NCBI GenBank assembly: GCA_039111275.1
Contig: JBCCOH010000003.1
Location: 27,066 to 91,065 of the forward strand
Direction: 5' to 3'
DNA: 64,000 nucleotides
Origin: Cyanobacteria bacterium P01_D01_bin.1
GTDB lineage: Bacteria; Cyanobacteriota; Cyanobacteriia; Phormidesmidales; Phormidesmidaceae
Part shown: positions 30,879-38,913 of the stretch, piece by piece
How positions within the stretch are numbered: position 1 is the stretch's first letter
How the letters are laid out: the number at the start of each line of letters is the position of its first letter
Position numbers and translations under genes: made by a program
Notes under the pieces: generated by a model
The model's input: the letters and a program-made list of their open reading frames with translations, nothing else
Databases searched by the model: none
What the model was told of the DNA's origin: nothing

Positions 30879-32132
30879 TTAGTCTAGGGCAGATCCGACA
30901 GCGGCGGCAGCGGCTTCTATGGCGATCGCCACATGGGTCCAATGTGTCCCGCCCTGACAATACACCACATAGGGCTCTCGCAGCGGTCCATCCGCCGACA
31001 GCTCAGACGTACTGCCGTCTATAAACGACCCACCTGCCATCACTAGTCGATCTTCATATCCCGGCATTTTAGATGGCACCGGGCTGACATAGGACTCAAT
31101 CGGAGAGTACTTTTGGACCGCCTGGCAAAAATCAATCAGCTTCTGCTGAGTTCCCAGCTTGATCGCCTGAATCACTTCGCGCTGTGGCGCAGCGGCGGGC
31201 GGCTGTACCTCATAGCCTAACGCTGCAAATGTCTTGGCAATGAGATAGTTTCCCTTCATCGCTTCTCCCACCATCTGCGGCGCTAGGAATAGCCCTTGAT
31301 ACATCAGACGGCCTTCTCCTAGGGTGGCTCCGCCGCTAGTCCCGATACCTGGAGCGGTCAATCGACAGGCCGCTGCCTCTACTAGTTCAGCTTTGCCTGC
31401 AATATAGCCGCCAGTTGTAGTAATGGTGCCGCCTGGATTTTTGATCAGTGAACCTGCTATCAGGTCCGCACCAACTTCTGTAGGCTCTTGCAGCTCGGTG
31501 AATTCTCCGTAGCAGTTATCCACAAAACAAATTGTATTAATGTTTTGTTGCTTAACTAAATGTATAATTTTATGAATATTATGAATGCTAAGGCTAGGAC
31601 GCCAGCTGTAGCCGCAAGAGCGCTGAATTAGAACAAGCTTTGTTTTTTCATTGATTGAAGCAGCAACTTTGTCAAAATCTATTTCACCCGCCTGAGTTAG
31701 CGACAGTTCCCGGTAGCAGACGCCGAATTCTTTAAGAGAGCCTTGACCGCTTCCCCGCGTGCCAATGACTTCTTCTAAAGTGTCATAGGGTGCTCCTGCG
31801 ATCGCAAGCATCTCATCCCCTGGTCTGAGAACGCCAAATAGCGCACAGGTGATCGCATGCGTACCAGAGACAAACTGGACTCTGACTGCTGCTGATTGTG
31901 CGCCTACTACCTGGGCAAACACCCGATCGAGCGTATCTCTGCCTAAATCGTCATGACCGTAGCCTGACACGCTGGCAAAGTGATGAGCGCCCACTCGGTT
32001 TGCTCTAAACGCTGCTAGCACTTTTGCCAAGTTCTGCTTGACCTGTGTGTCAATCCTGTGGAATGCCTGTAGCGAGGCTGGCTCTGACTGTAGCGTTAAT
32101 AAGTTTGAGGCGAGTAGTTGAGAGTCATCCAA
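30879..32132 (-). CDS. methionine gamma-lyase family (aluminium-resistance type) PLP enzyme
   Basis: SGYGHDDLGRD, FVSGTHAI, QRSCGYSWRP, FVDNCYGEF and GSLIKNPGG. Confidence 0.9.
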   Translation of the reverse strand: MDDSQLLASNLLTLQSEPASLQAFHRIDTQVKQNLAKVLAAFRANRVGAHHFASVSGYGHDDLGRDTLDRVFAQVVGAQSAAVRVQFVSGTHAITCALFGVLRPGDEMLAIAGAPYDTLEEVIGTRGSGQGSLKEFGVCYRELSLTQAGEIDFDKVAASINEKTKLVLIQRSCGYSWRPSLSIHNIHKIIHLVKQQNINTICFVDNCYGEFTELQEPTEVGADLIAGSLIKNPGGTITTTGGYIAGKAELVEAAACRLTAPGIGTSGGATLGEGRLMYQGLFLAPQMVGEAMKGNYLIAKTFAALGYEVQPPAAAPQREVIQAIKLGTQQKLIDFCQAVQKYSPIESYVSPVPSKMPGYEDRLVMAGGSFIDGSTSELSADGPLREPYVVYCQGGTHWTHVAIAIEAAAAAVGSALD

Positions 32133-32182
32133 GTGATTTTAGTCCCAGTGATTCATCCACGTTGTTCTTCATTTTGTTCTAA

Positions 32183-32995
32183 ATGACTATTGCAAGCTCT
32201 TCTGACCGTCCTCTCAACTGGCCTATCATCCTCTTTATGGTGGCCATCCATATAGGCGCTCTGTTTGCGCTACTGCCGTCTAACTTTAGCTGGAGTGCGG
32301 TTGGTGTAGCCTTTCTACTTTACTTTATTACCGGCTGCCTCGGAATTACGCTAGGGTGGCACCGGCTCATTGCCCACCGCAGCTTTAGAGTGCCTCAGTG
32401 GCTAGAGTATTTTTTCCTTTTCTGTGGTTCGCTCTCTTGTCAAAGTGGCGCGATTGAGTGGATTGGCCTACACCGTCATCACCATGCCTTCTCCGACCAG
32501 GAAGCCGACCATCACAACTCCGGTCGGGGCTTCTGGTGGAGTCATATGGGTTGGCTATTACACGATGTTCCAGCCAAGTCCGAGATTCGCAGGTTTACAA
32601 AAGATATCAACACAGACCCGGTTTATATCCTGGTTGACAAGTACTTCCTGGTTTTACAGGTTGCCCTAGGGGCGCTGCTTTACGCGCTTGGCGGCTGGTC
32701 TTTTGTGGTTTGGGGCATCTTTGTTCGACTGGTTGTGGTCTACCACTTCACCTGGTTTGTCAATAGCGCCACGCACAAGTTTGGCTATCGCACTTACGAG
32801 TCTGGCGATCGCTCGACTAACTGCTGGTGGGTGGCACTTTGCACATTTGGCGAAGGTTGGCACAACAACCACCATGCCTACCAATATTCTGCTCGTCACG
32901 GTCTCCAGTGGTGGGAAATCGATGTGACCTGGATAATTATTCGTGGCCTACAGGCAGTCGGTTTAGCTGACAAAGTTAAGCTCGCTAAGCCGTAG
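32183..32995 (+). CDS. desC: delta-9 acyl-lipid desaturase
   Basis: His boxes HRLIAH, HRHHH and HNNHH; FGEGWHNNHHA. Confidence 0.93.
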   Translation: MTIASSSDRPLNWPIILFMVAIHIGALFALLPSNFSWSAVGVAFLLYFITGCLGITLGWHRLIAHRSFRVPQWLEYFFLFCGSLSCQSGAIEWIGLHRHHHAFSDQEADHHNSGRGFWWSHMGWLLHDVPAKSEIRRFTKDINTDPVYILVDKYFLVLQVALGALLYALGGWSFVVWGIFVRLVVVYHFTWFVNSATHKFGYRTYESGDRSTNCWWVALCTFGEGWHNNHHAYQYSARHGLQWWEIDVTWIIIRGLQAVGLADKVKLAKP

Positions 32996-33026
32996 GAATA
33001 GTGACTCGGCAGGTTGGCTGTTGCGG

Positions 33027-34244
33027 CTACCTGCCGGGAAAAATTTGCTGGCGTGCGCTCATCATATGCATGCCGATTAATCCGCCAGTGACGCCTTTTC
33101 GGTTGGAGATGCCGAGCGCAATTTCACCTGGATGCTCTGTGTTGCGAACGAACTGAGGTGAGGTATTGATATACAGGGCTGTGCTGCGGCACTGAGCGGT
33201 GAACAGTCGACTGTCAGCATAGTCTGTAGTTGCAATGCTATCGGCATGGCCGCTCGTGTGAGTGTTGATCCATTCAAGCGCCTCGCTGATGTTCTTAGCC
33301 GGGCAAAAAGCCACCGTTTTTCTGAGGTAGGCAGACCCCCAATCTAGGGGGGCTGCAACTGGCAGGTCATGGATTTGTGCGATAGCTGCCTCTGCTTTTA
33401 GCTCGAACCCTTCCTCTTTCAACCGAGCCCACAGCAGGGTTATTGCTGTCGCGCTGTGAGATTCGTGAAATACTACCTTCTCGATACGATTGATTGCATC
33501 TGGTGTACCCTTGTGACTGCTGATAATCATGTGATAGACCTGGTCGACTGTTCCAGTGGCTGACCAGTAGAGGTAGCAGTTCCCCATCCTAGATGGGGCG
33601 ACTGGAACGGTTGCTGTCTCGACGACCTGTTCTACCAGGCTAGGCCGACCGTGCGGAATGATTAGATCAATGCTAGAGCACTGAGCCATCTCTAGTCGAG
33701 AGATGGCTGCTGGTTCGACCGGAAGGATCAGCGTTTCGGACAGACCTGCTGCGACGAGACCACTTTGCAAGAGCTGGGCAATCATCTGGTCCGTACGGCT
33801 GGCCTCGCTGCCACCTCTCAAGACTACGGCGTTGCCCGTACGGATACAGAGTCCTGCCGCGATCGCCGCCAAATCAGGCAGCGCCTCATAGATAAAGCCG
33901 ACAATCCCCAAAGGTCGAACCTGTCCATAGCTTCTACAGCCAACAAAGCCTGTAGAAGTAGCCGGGGCTGCGCCCATATCTGCTAGGCGATGACAAATAT
34001 TAGCCGCCGTTCTGACCCGATCGGGAGTGAGCTTTAGCCATTCTGCGACCAGCTCGGGCACTGCCATATCTCGGCTAATCTCTAAATCTAGAGTGTTAGC
34101 TTCTAAGATATCGTCTAACCCTTTGTCTATGGCGTTGCCCATGGCGCTTAGCGCTCTAGAACACTGTTCATTAGAACCCAGCTGCTCTGTAGCATGCCGA
34201 ACAGCCATGAGCGCTGATGTCAGATCAAAAGAAGACTGATTCAT
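33027..34244 (-). CDS. gamma-glutamyl phosphate reductase (ProA) paralog, catalytic Cys absent
   Basis: PLGIVGFIYEA, GNAVVLRGGSEA, DLIIPHG and HTSGHADSI. AINRIE stands where ProA has C-N-x-x-E. Confidence 0.85.
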   Translation of the reverse strand: MNQSSFDLTSALMAVRHATEQLGSNEQCSRALSAMGNAIDKGLDDILEANTLDLEISRDMAVPELVAEWLKLTPDRVRTAANICHRLADMGAAPATSTGFVGCRSYGQVRPLGIVGFIYEALPDLAAIAAGLCIRTGNAVVLRGGSEASRTDQMIAQLLQSGLVAAGLSETLILPVEPAAISRLEMAQCSSIDLIIPHGRPSLVEQVVETATVPVAPSRMGNCYLYWSATGTVDQVYHMIISSHKGTPDAINRIEKVVFHESHSATAITLLWARLKEEGFELKAEAAIAQIHDLPVAAPLDWGSAYLRKTVAFCPAKNISEALEWINTHTSGHADSIATTDYADSRLFTAQCRSTALYINTSPQFVRNTEHPGEIALGISNRKGVTGGLIGMHMMSARQQIFPGR

Positions 34245-34248
34245 TAAG

Positions 34249-34653
34249 CTAGCGTCGCAACACCAACCAAAACATTACTACCAAAGCCAGCAGGATTAAA
34301 GCGCCCTTGAACAGAAGTGATAGCCCTGTCCATGACAGCAGCGTCCAGCACATCCAAAACAAAGCCGGTAGCAGCAGTACCCTAGCCCAAACAGCCAGAC
34401 CAGTGACCATCGTTTTGAACAGACTGCTTTTGAGAACCCACTGTTTACCGGTCCATTGCCAAACCTGCTGTCGTGGGTAGGGCGTTGTTAGTTTTTCGAT
34501 AGTGTTGGGCTCAGGGCGTAGCTCAAAAATTTGCTTGCAGCGATCGCACCCCCAAGCTTCGGTTAGCGTAATTGGCACTAACGAACCCTGTCTGCAAGAA
34601 GGGCAGGGATAGACTTGATTGAGATCTAGCAGCTGTGTCTCTTTGGAATGCAC
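34249..34653 (-). CDS. hypothetical membrane protein with N-terminal CxxC...CxxC zinc ribbon
   Basis: YPCPSCRQG...WGCDRCKQIF followed by two hydrophobic helices; ends 4 nt before the proA-paralog start. Confidence 0.8.
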   Translation of the reverse strand: MHSKETQLLDLNQVYPCPSCRQGSLVPITLTEAWGCDRCKQIFELRPEPNTIEKLTTPYPRQQVWQWTGKQWVLKSSLFKTMVTGLAVWARVLLLPALFWMCWTLLSWTGLSLLFKGALILLALVVMFWLVLRR

Positions 34654-34861
34654 TAGCAGTCTTACCAGATGAGAGTTGTGTAGGAGTTGGACGGCATATT
34701 GGACGGCATAGAGGTGAGATGCAGCGTGCCCACAATCTTTCTAAAGCTTCTTTCTAAAACTAGCTTCTTTCCAAAACTGTAAATGCAAAAGCAAATCAGA
34801 ATGAGTGTCGTAGACCACAACTCCCTCAATTACTGATTCTAGCTTGACTACTGATTTAATA

Positions 34862-34933
34862 AGCGGGTGAAGAGATTCGAACTCTCGACATCAACCTTGG
34901 CAAGGTTGCGCTCTACCACTGAGCTACACCCGC
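34862..34933 (-). tRNA. tRNA-Gly (anticodon GCC), CCA not encoded
   Basis: Reverse complement GCGGGTGTAGCTCAGTGGTAGAGCGCAACCTTGCCAAGGTTGATGTCGAGAGTTCGAATCTCTTCACCCGCT: 7-bp acceptor stem, D-loop GG, CAACC/GGTTG anticodon stem around GCC, and a TTCGAAT T-loop. Confidence 0.97.
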
Positions 34934-34956
34934 AATTGCCTTTTTAGACTTTTCCT

Positions 34957-34985
34957 AATCTCTCAAATTAGAGCACATTTGTCAA
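34957..34985 (-). promoter_or_regulatory. putative sigma70-type promoter of tRNA-Gly
   Basis: Perfect TTGACA (34985-34980), a 17-nt spacer, and a weak -10 GAGATT. Confidence 0.4.
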
Positions 34986-35030
34986 TGAAGAGCTTATCTT
35001 TCTAGCTAGTGAGTTCTGTCCCGTATAGCT

Positions 35031-35582
35031 CTAGCTAATTTCTGTCGCAGTGGGTAGTGCCGCTGACTGTCCACCTGCCAGCATCCCATTCGTCGACGGA
35101 TGCCCGCTTTTGACCTGCGTCATCAGGCTGGCCATTTCTAGAGCGCTCATGGCATAGCTCCAACCCAAGTTGCTTTTGATGCCTGCCCGTTCTAGAGCCT
35201 GCTGCATCGTGTCTGTTGTCAACACGCCAAAAACAACCGGTACCCCAGTTTGAAAGCTAGTCGCGGCAACACCTTTGGCTACCTCAGCCGCAACGTAGTC
35301 AAAGTGTGGCGTGCTGCCCCGAATAACCGCTCCGATACAAATGATGGCATCATATCTACCGCCAATTGCCAGCTGTCTAGCTAGTGGCGGAATCTCAAAG
35401 CATCCGGGTGCCCAAATATAGTCTACCTGAGTGCCATTCGGGTCGACGTTGACGCCATGCCGCTTCAGGCAGTCCTGGGCCCCTGCTAGCAGCTTGGTAG
35501 TGACAAGGTCGTTGAACCTGCCAATTACGAAGGCATACTTCATCGTGCCTGACTGTGTGAAATTGCCTTCGAAAACTGCCAT
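35031..35582 (-). CDS. ribH: 6,7-dimethyl-8-ribityllumazine synthase
   Basis: [28 protein letters not shown] and [16 protein letters not shown]. Confidence 0.97.
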   Translation of the reverse strand: MAVFEGNFTQSGTMKYAFVIGRFNDLVTTKLLAGAQDCLKRHGVNVDPNGTQVDYIWAPGCFEIPPLARQLAIGGRYDAIICIGAVIRGSTPHFDYVAAEVAKGVAATSFQTGVPVVFGVLTTDTMQQALERAGIKSNLGWSYAMSALEMASLMTQVKSGHPSTNGMLAGGQSAALPTATEIS

Positions 35583-35669
35583 ATAATTTCAGAGATGGAA
35601 AATGTGGAAGTGCTGTTTAGCACAAATGGATCATCACAAACAGACAAGCGCAAACGGAAAGGTCACCGA

Positions 35670-35745
35670 CCGATTCAATCAAACTGATTCAATCAAACCG
35701 CTTCAATTAAACCGATTCAATCAAACCGATTCAGTCAAATCGATT
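35670..35745. repeat. 14-bp tandem repeat (CCGATTCAATCAAA) x5 plus partial
   Basis: Units start at 35670, 35684, 35698, 35712 and 35726 with 0-2 mismatches and no spacers; the array abuts the psbZ stop. Confidence 0.9.
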
Positions 35746-35932
35746 AAACAACGAGGTAGTTTAATCCGCCAACTAGAACAACCAAGACGCCCCATACAAT
35801 AGAGCCTAGGAAAATTAGACGCTTGGACTGATCCCAGTTGCTCGGTGATGCGTACGCCACTGGTACGCCGACGATCATGACAAAAGACCAAAGCACCAAA
35901 ACGAACAGAGCTAACTGGAAGATAATAGACAT
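35744..35932 (-). CDS. psbZ: photosystem II protein Z
   Basis: 62 aa with two TM: [23 protein letters not shown]...K..I..G...W. Confidence 0.95.
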   Translation of the reverse strand: MSIIFQLALFVLVLWSFVMIVGVPVAYASPSNWDQSKRLIFLGSIVWGVLVVLVGGLNYLVV

Positions 35933-36049
35933 GATCTTTGTACTCTCAAAACACTATTTGATCGGGATCGGCAGAACTTTTTGCTGATGATCCTACATAG
36001 CTAAGCTATCAAAAATTAGGACGCTTGCAAAAGTCCCTACGGGAAAAAT

Positions 36050-37516
36050 ATGACTTCGGATATGCCTTTGGCAGAGTTAGACAGGCGACAGTTGGGTACT
36101 GACTCTCAATCAGACGAGTTAGATGGGTCAGACGAGCTGTACCAGCAGCTCGCAGGGAGGGTGCCAGAGGTTTGGCCTGTACTGATGCTGATCGCAAAGG
36201 CCGCTGAGCAAAGAGGGTGGTCGCTCTACATTGTAGGTGGCGCTGTTCGAGATTTGCTCTTGGGTATGCTAGGCGACACACGCCCCTTGACCGACATTGA
36301 TCTGGTGGTAGAGGGTTGTCAAACTGAGAGTGCAACAACCATAGAAGGTGCTGGCGTAGTCCTGGCAGAAGCGATTCGAACCGAATATACACAAGTAGAG
36401 GTGCAGGTGCATGGCCAGTTTCAGACGGCGGTACTGACGTGGCAGTCTTGGCAGATCGATATCGCTACGGCTAGGACAGAGTATTATCCTTATCCAGCAG
36501 CGAATCCTGAAGTAGAGTCCAGCGACATTCGTCGGGATCTCTATCGGCGCGATTTTACCGTCAATGCGATCGCGCTAAGACTCACAGACCAGCTAATGGG
36601 CCAGCTAACGGGCACTAGTCCAGGTCAGCTCATCGACCTATTTGGCGGATGGTCGGATCTGCGGCAGTGCCTCGTGAGAGTGCTGCACGAGAACAGCTTT
36701 ATCGACGATCCTACTCGCATCTTTCGGGGGGTACGGTTTGCGGTGCGCTTGGGCTTTGACCTTGAGGCGCAGACAGAGCAGTTGATTCGGACGGCTGTAA
36801 ATAGCGGAGTGTACGACAAATCTCGCACTCAGCATGAGAAAGTCCCGGCTCTGCAGTCTCGACTACGAGCGGAGTTGAAGTATCTGTTCGAGGAAGCAGG
36901 GTGGGAAAAATCCTTGGTTCAGCTAGGTAATTTGGGAGCGCTAGTGTGTATCGACTCGCAGTTAGCAATCACGTCCGATCTATTGCGACAGCTACGGCGA
37001 ATGGATCGATGGCTACGCAAATTTGATGCAGGCCAGCCTCGCTGGCTACTGTTGTTAGAACTATTACTCGCTCAGCTAGAGGTCGATAGAGCCAGCCAAT
37101 CTGCCCAGACGCTAAATCTGGGTAGCCAAAGTCAGTATCGCCTGCGTCATATTCACGCTTGGGAGTCTCATCTAGAGGTGCATCTAGGATTTCGATTAGG
37201 CAAATTAAGTGGCCAGTCACAGCTAGTTATTCGGCCTAGCCAGGTGTTCGAGCTGTTGCGATCGCATTCACGTGCCGAACTGCTACTGATGGCTGCCCGC
37301 CATCCGCGCACAATCGGTCCATTCATCTGGCAATACATCACCCGCCTTGCTGATGTTCCTACTTTGATTAACGGTGCTACTCTAAAGCGACTTGGCTATC
37401 CGCCTGGTCCGCGCTTTAAAGAGATCTTGACAGATATTCATCGACAGCAGCTAGACGGTAAACTTGCCACGGCAGATTCCGCAGAGCAGTATGTCCTTAC
37501 TTATCACCCTCAATAG
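36050..37516 (+). CDS. class II tRNA nucleotidyltransferase (CCA/A-adding type) without DHH/CBS domains
   Basis: VGGAVRDLL, DIDLVV, DIATARTEYY, DLYRRDFTVNA, SFIDDPTRIFR.VRFA and G..L..LGYPPGP.F. Confidence 0.9.
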   Translation: MTSDMPLAELDRRQLGTDSQSDELDGSDELYQQLAGRVPEVWPVLMLIAKAAEQRGWSLYIVGGAVRDLLLGMLGDTRPLTDIDLVVEGCQTESATTIEGAGVVLAEAIRTEYTQVEVQVHGQFQTAVLTWQSWQIDIATARTEYYPYPAANPEVESSDIRRDLYRRDFTVNAIALRLTDQLMGQLTGTSPGQLIDLFGGWSDLRQCLVRVLHENSFIDDPTRIFRGVRFAVRLGFDLEAQTEQLIRTAVNSGVYDKSRTQHEKVPALQSRLRAELKYLFEEAGWEKSLVQLGNLGALVCIDSQLAITSDLLRQLRRMDRWLRKFDAGQPRWLLLLELLLAQLEVDRASQSAQTLNLGSQSQYRLRHIHAWESHLEVHLGFRLGKLSGQSQLVIRPSQVFELLRSHSRAELLLMAARHPRTIGPFIWQYITRLADVPTLINGATLKRLGYPPGPRFKEILTDIHRQQLDGKLATADSAEQYVLTYHPQ

Positions 37517-37648
37517 AATCATTCACGATCGAATCACTCTTAACCGAATCCCTTTCTTAGACTCAATCACAGCTCCTGATTAACTAGCGTCACAATATAC
37601 AGCACCTCTAGGTGTCACTCAACATGCAACTCAACTGGTGGCATTTTT

Positions 37649-38206
37649 ATGTCCATATCGCCTTTTAAGTCCGATAGCAAACCGCGATCGCAGCAAAAAC
37701 TAGTCAAGAAGAAGTCAGACGACCAGCCCTTAACGTTCTCACAAGCGCTAACCATCACCGCAGGAATGGCCGGACTGATTGGACTAGTCAGCGGTGCTTT
37801 TATTCGCTTCTCTTTGACTCATTCATCGAATGCTCGTTTCCTAAGTCCGCTGCAAACATTTCCGGCCTTATCGAACTGGACACCCGATACCCTAGCCGAT
37901 CCTCCAAACTCAGAGGCAGATAGCCTGAGTTCATCGACCGAAGGCGATGATAGCCTCGAACTAAGGCAAGGTAGCACCGACTATCCCAAGAGCTTTGACG
38001 AGTTTGCCGATAGATCCGACGCTTTCTATCAAACTACTCAAGACCCTTTAGAAGCCCTTCGCAGCGGTCCGCTACTGCGTGAGTCTGGAAGATTTGGACC
38101 GGGCGGCACAGATGCGATCCTCCCAGAGCTAGAAGATCCTGCCTTCGAACCTTATTTCGATCCAGATGTGGAAACCGATGCAGAGGCTGAACGTTCCTAC
38201 CAGTAG
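37649..38206 (+). CDS. hypothetical protein with one TM
   Basis: 185-aa ORF with a hydrophobic segment (ALTITAGMAGLIGLVSGAF) and an acidic low-complexity C-terminus. Confidence 0.65.
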   Translation: MSISPFKSDSKPRSQQKLVKKKSDDQPLTFSQALTITAGMAGLIGLVSGAFIRFSLTHSSNARFLSPLQTFPALSNWTPDTLADPPNSEADSLSSSTEGDDSLELRQGSTDYPKSFDEFADRSDAFYQTTQDPLEALRSGPLLRESGRFGPGGTDAILPELEDPAFEPYFDPDVETDAEAERSYQ

Positions 38207-38331
38207 CTGCTAATAGCGAAATACTATCGGTGGCGCTGCTATCCTCTAAAAGGCTGATTTTGCATCCTTTGGTCTGCGAGAACGCCTCAAGGATGTTTAT
38301 AATTGCTAAGTAGAAATGACAACCCATTTAT

Positions 38332-38679
38332 TTGAGTGAATCAATGCTGCAAGCTTTTTTTGTAGGACGTGCGCTGGCAGCGGCTGTGAGTGAAAGAGCC
38401 GAACACTTGGTCAGTGACGGTCTTAGCAAATTGGGAAAATTTGACGCAGAGCAGCGTGAGTATTTTCGTCAGTTTACTGAAGAGGTCATGACTAGAGCCG
38501 AGCAGGAGCAGGCCGCAGCAGGTGCTACCCATCCAGATGGTGTAGCCGTTCCTGTGATGCCTAATTCTGGAGCGCCTGCCTCCGGTAGTGGCGTTGAAGA
38601 TCTGCAAGCGACAATCGACAACCTGAGAGCTGAGATTGCGCAAGCGAGAGCTGCTATTCAGCAGTACCGCCAAACTTAA
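38332..38679 (+). CDS. conserved cyanobacterial coiled-coil protein (DUF6825-like)
   Basis: QAFFVGRALA...GLSKLGKFDAEQRE..RQFTEEV..RA and DLQATIDNLRAEIA. Confidence 0.8.
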   Translation: MSESMLQAFFVGRALAAAVSERAEHLVSDGLSKLGKFDAEQREYFRQFTEEVMTRAEQEQAAAGATHPDGVAVPVMPNSGAPASGSGVEDLQATIDNLRAEIAQARAAIQQYRQT

Positions 38680-38913
38680 GTTTTTTGAAACTAGGTCTTT
38701 CGAACTGACTTTTTTTAGCGTATTTGTTAGATTAAGCTTGCAAACTATTAAGACCGCAGACCAGACTTCAATATTAGGCTCTAGCGTCTGGCGTTGTTTG
38801 ATGTAGCAGGGCAAGGAAGGTTTGCTGATCTTTGCTTTGAACCGAGAGCTTTGAACTGAAAGCTTTAAACTTAAAACATTACTTCTAAATTCTTTTTAGC
38901 CCAGGCAAACTGA

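Noticed and set aside
31516-31524. Perfect DnaA box TTATCCACA next to an AT-rich patch as a replication origin
   Set aside because: It is a single box that coincides with the conserved FVDN codons; about 0.5 copies are expected by chance in 64 kb, and there is no box cluster.
34654-35030. tRNA-Gly as an integration site of a genomic island
   Set aside because: There is no integrase, no duplicated tRNA 3' end that I could find, and both flanks are core genes.
35670-35745. Repeat array as a CRISPR
   Set aside because: The units are contiguous 14-mers with no unique spacers, and there are no cas genes in the window.
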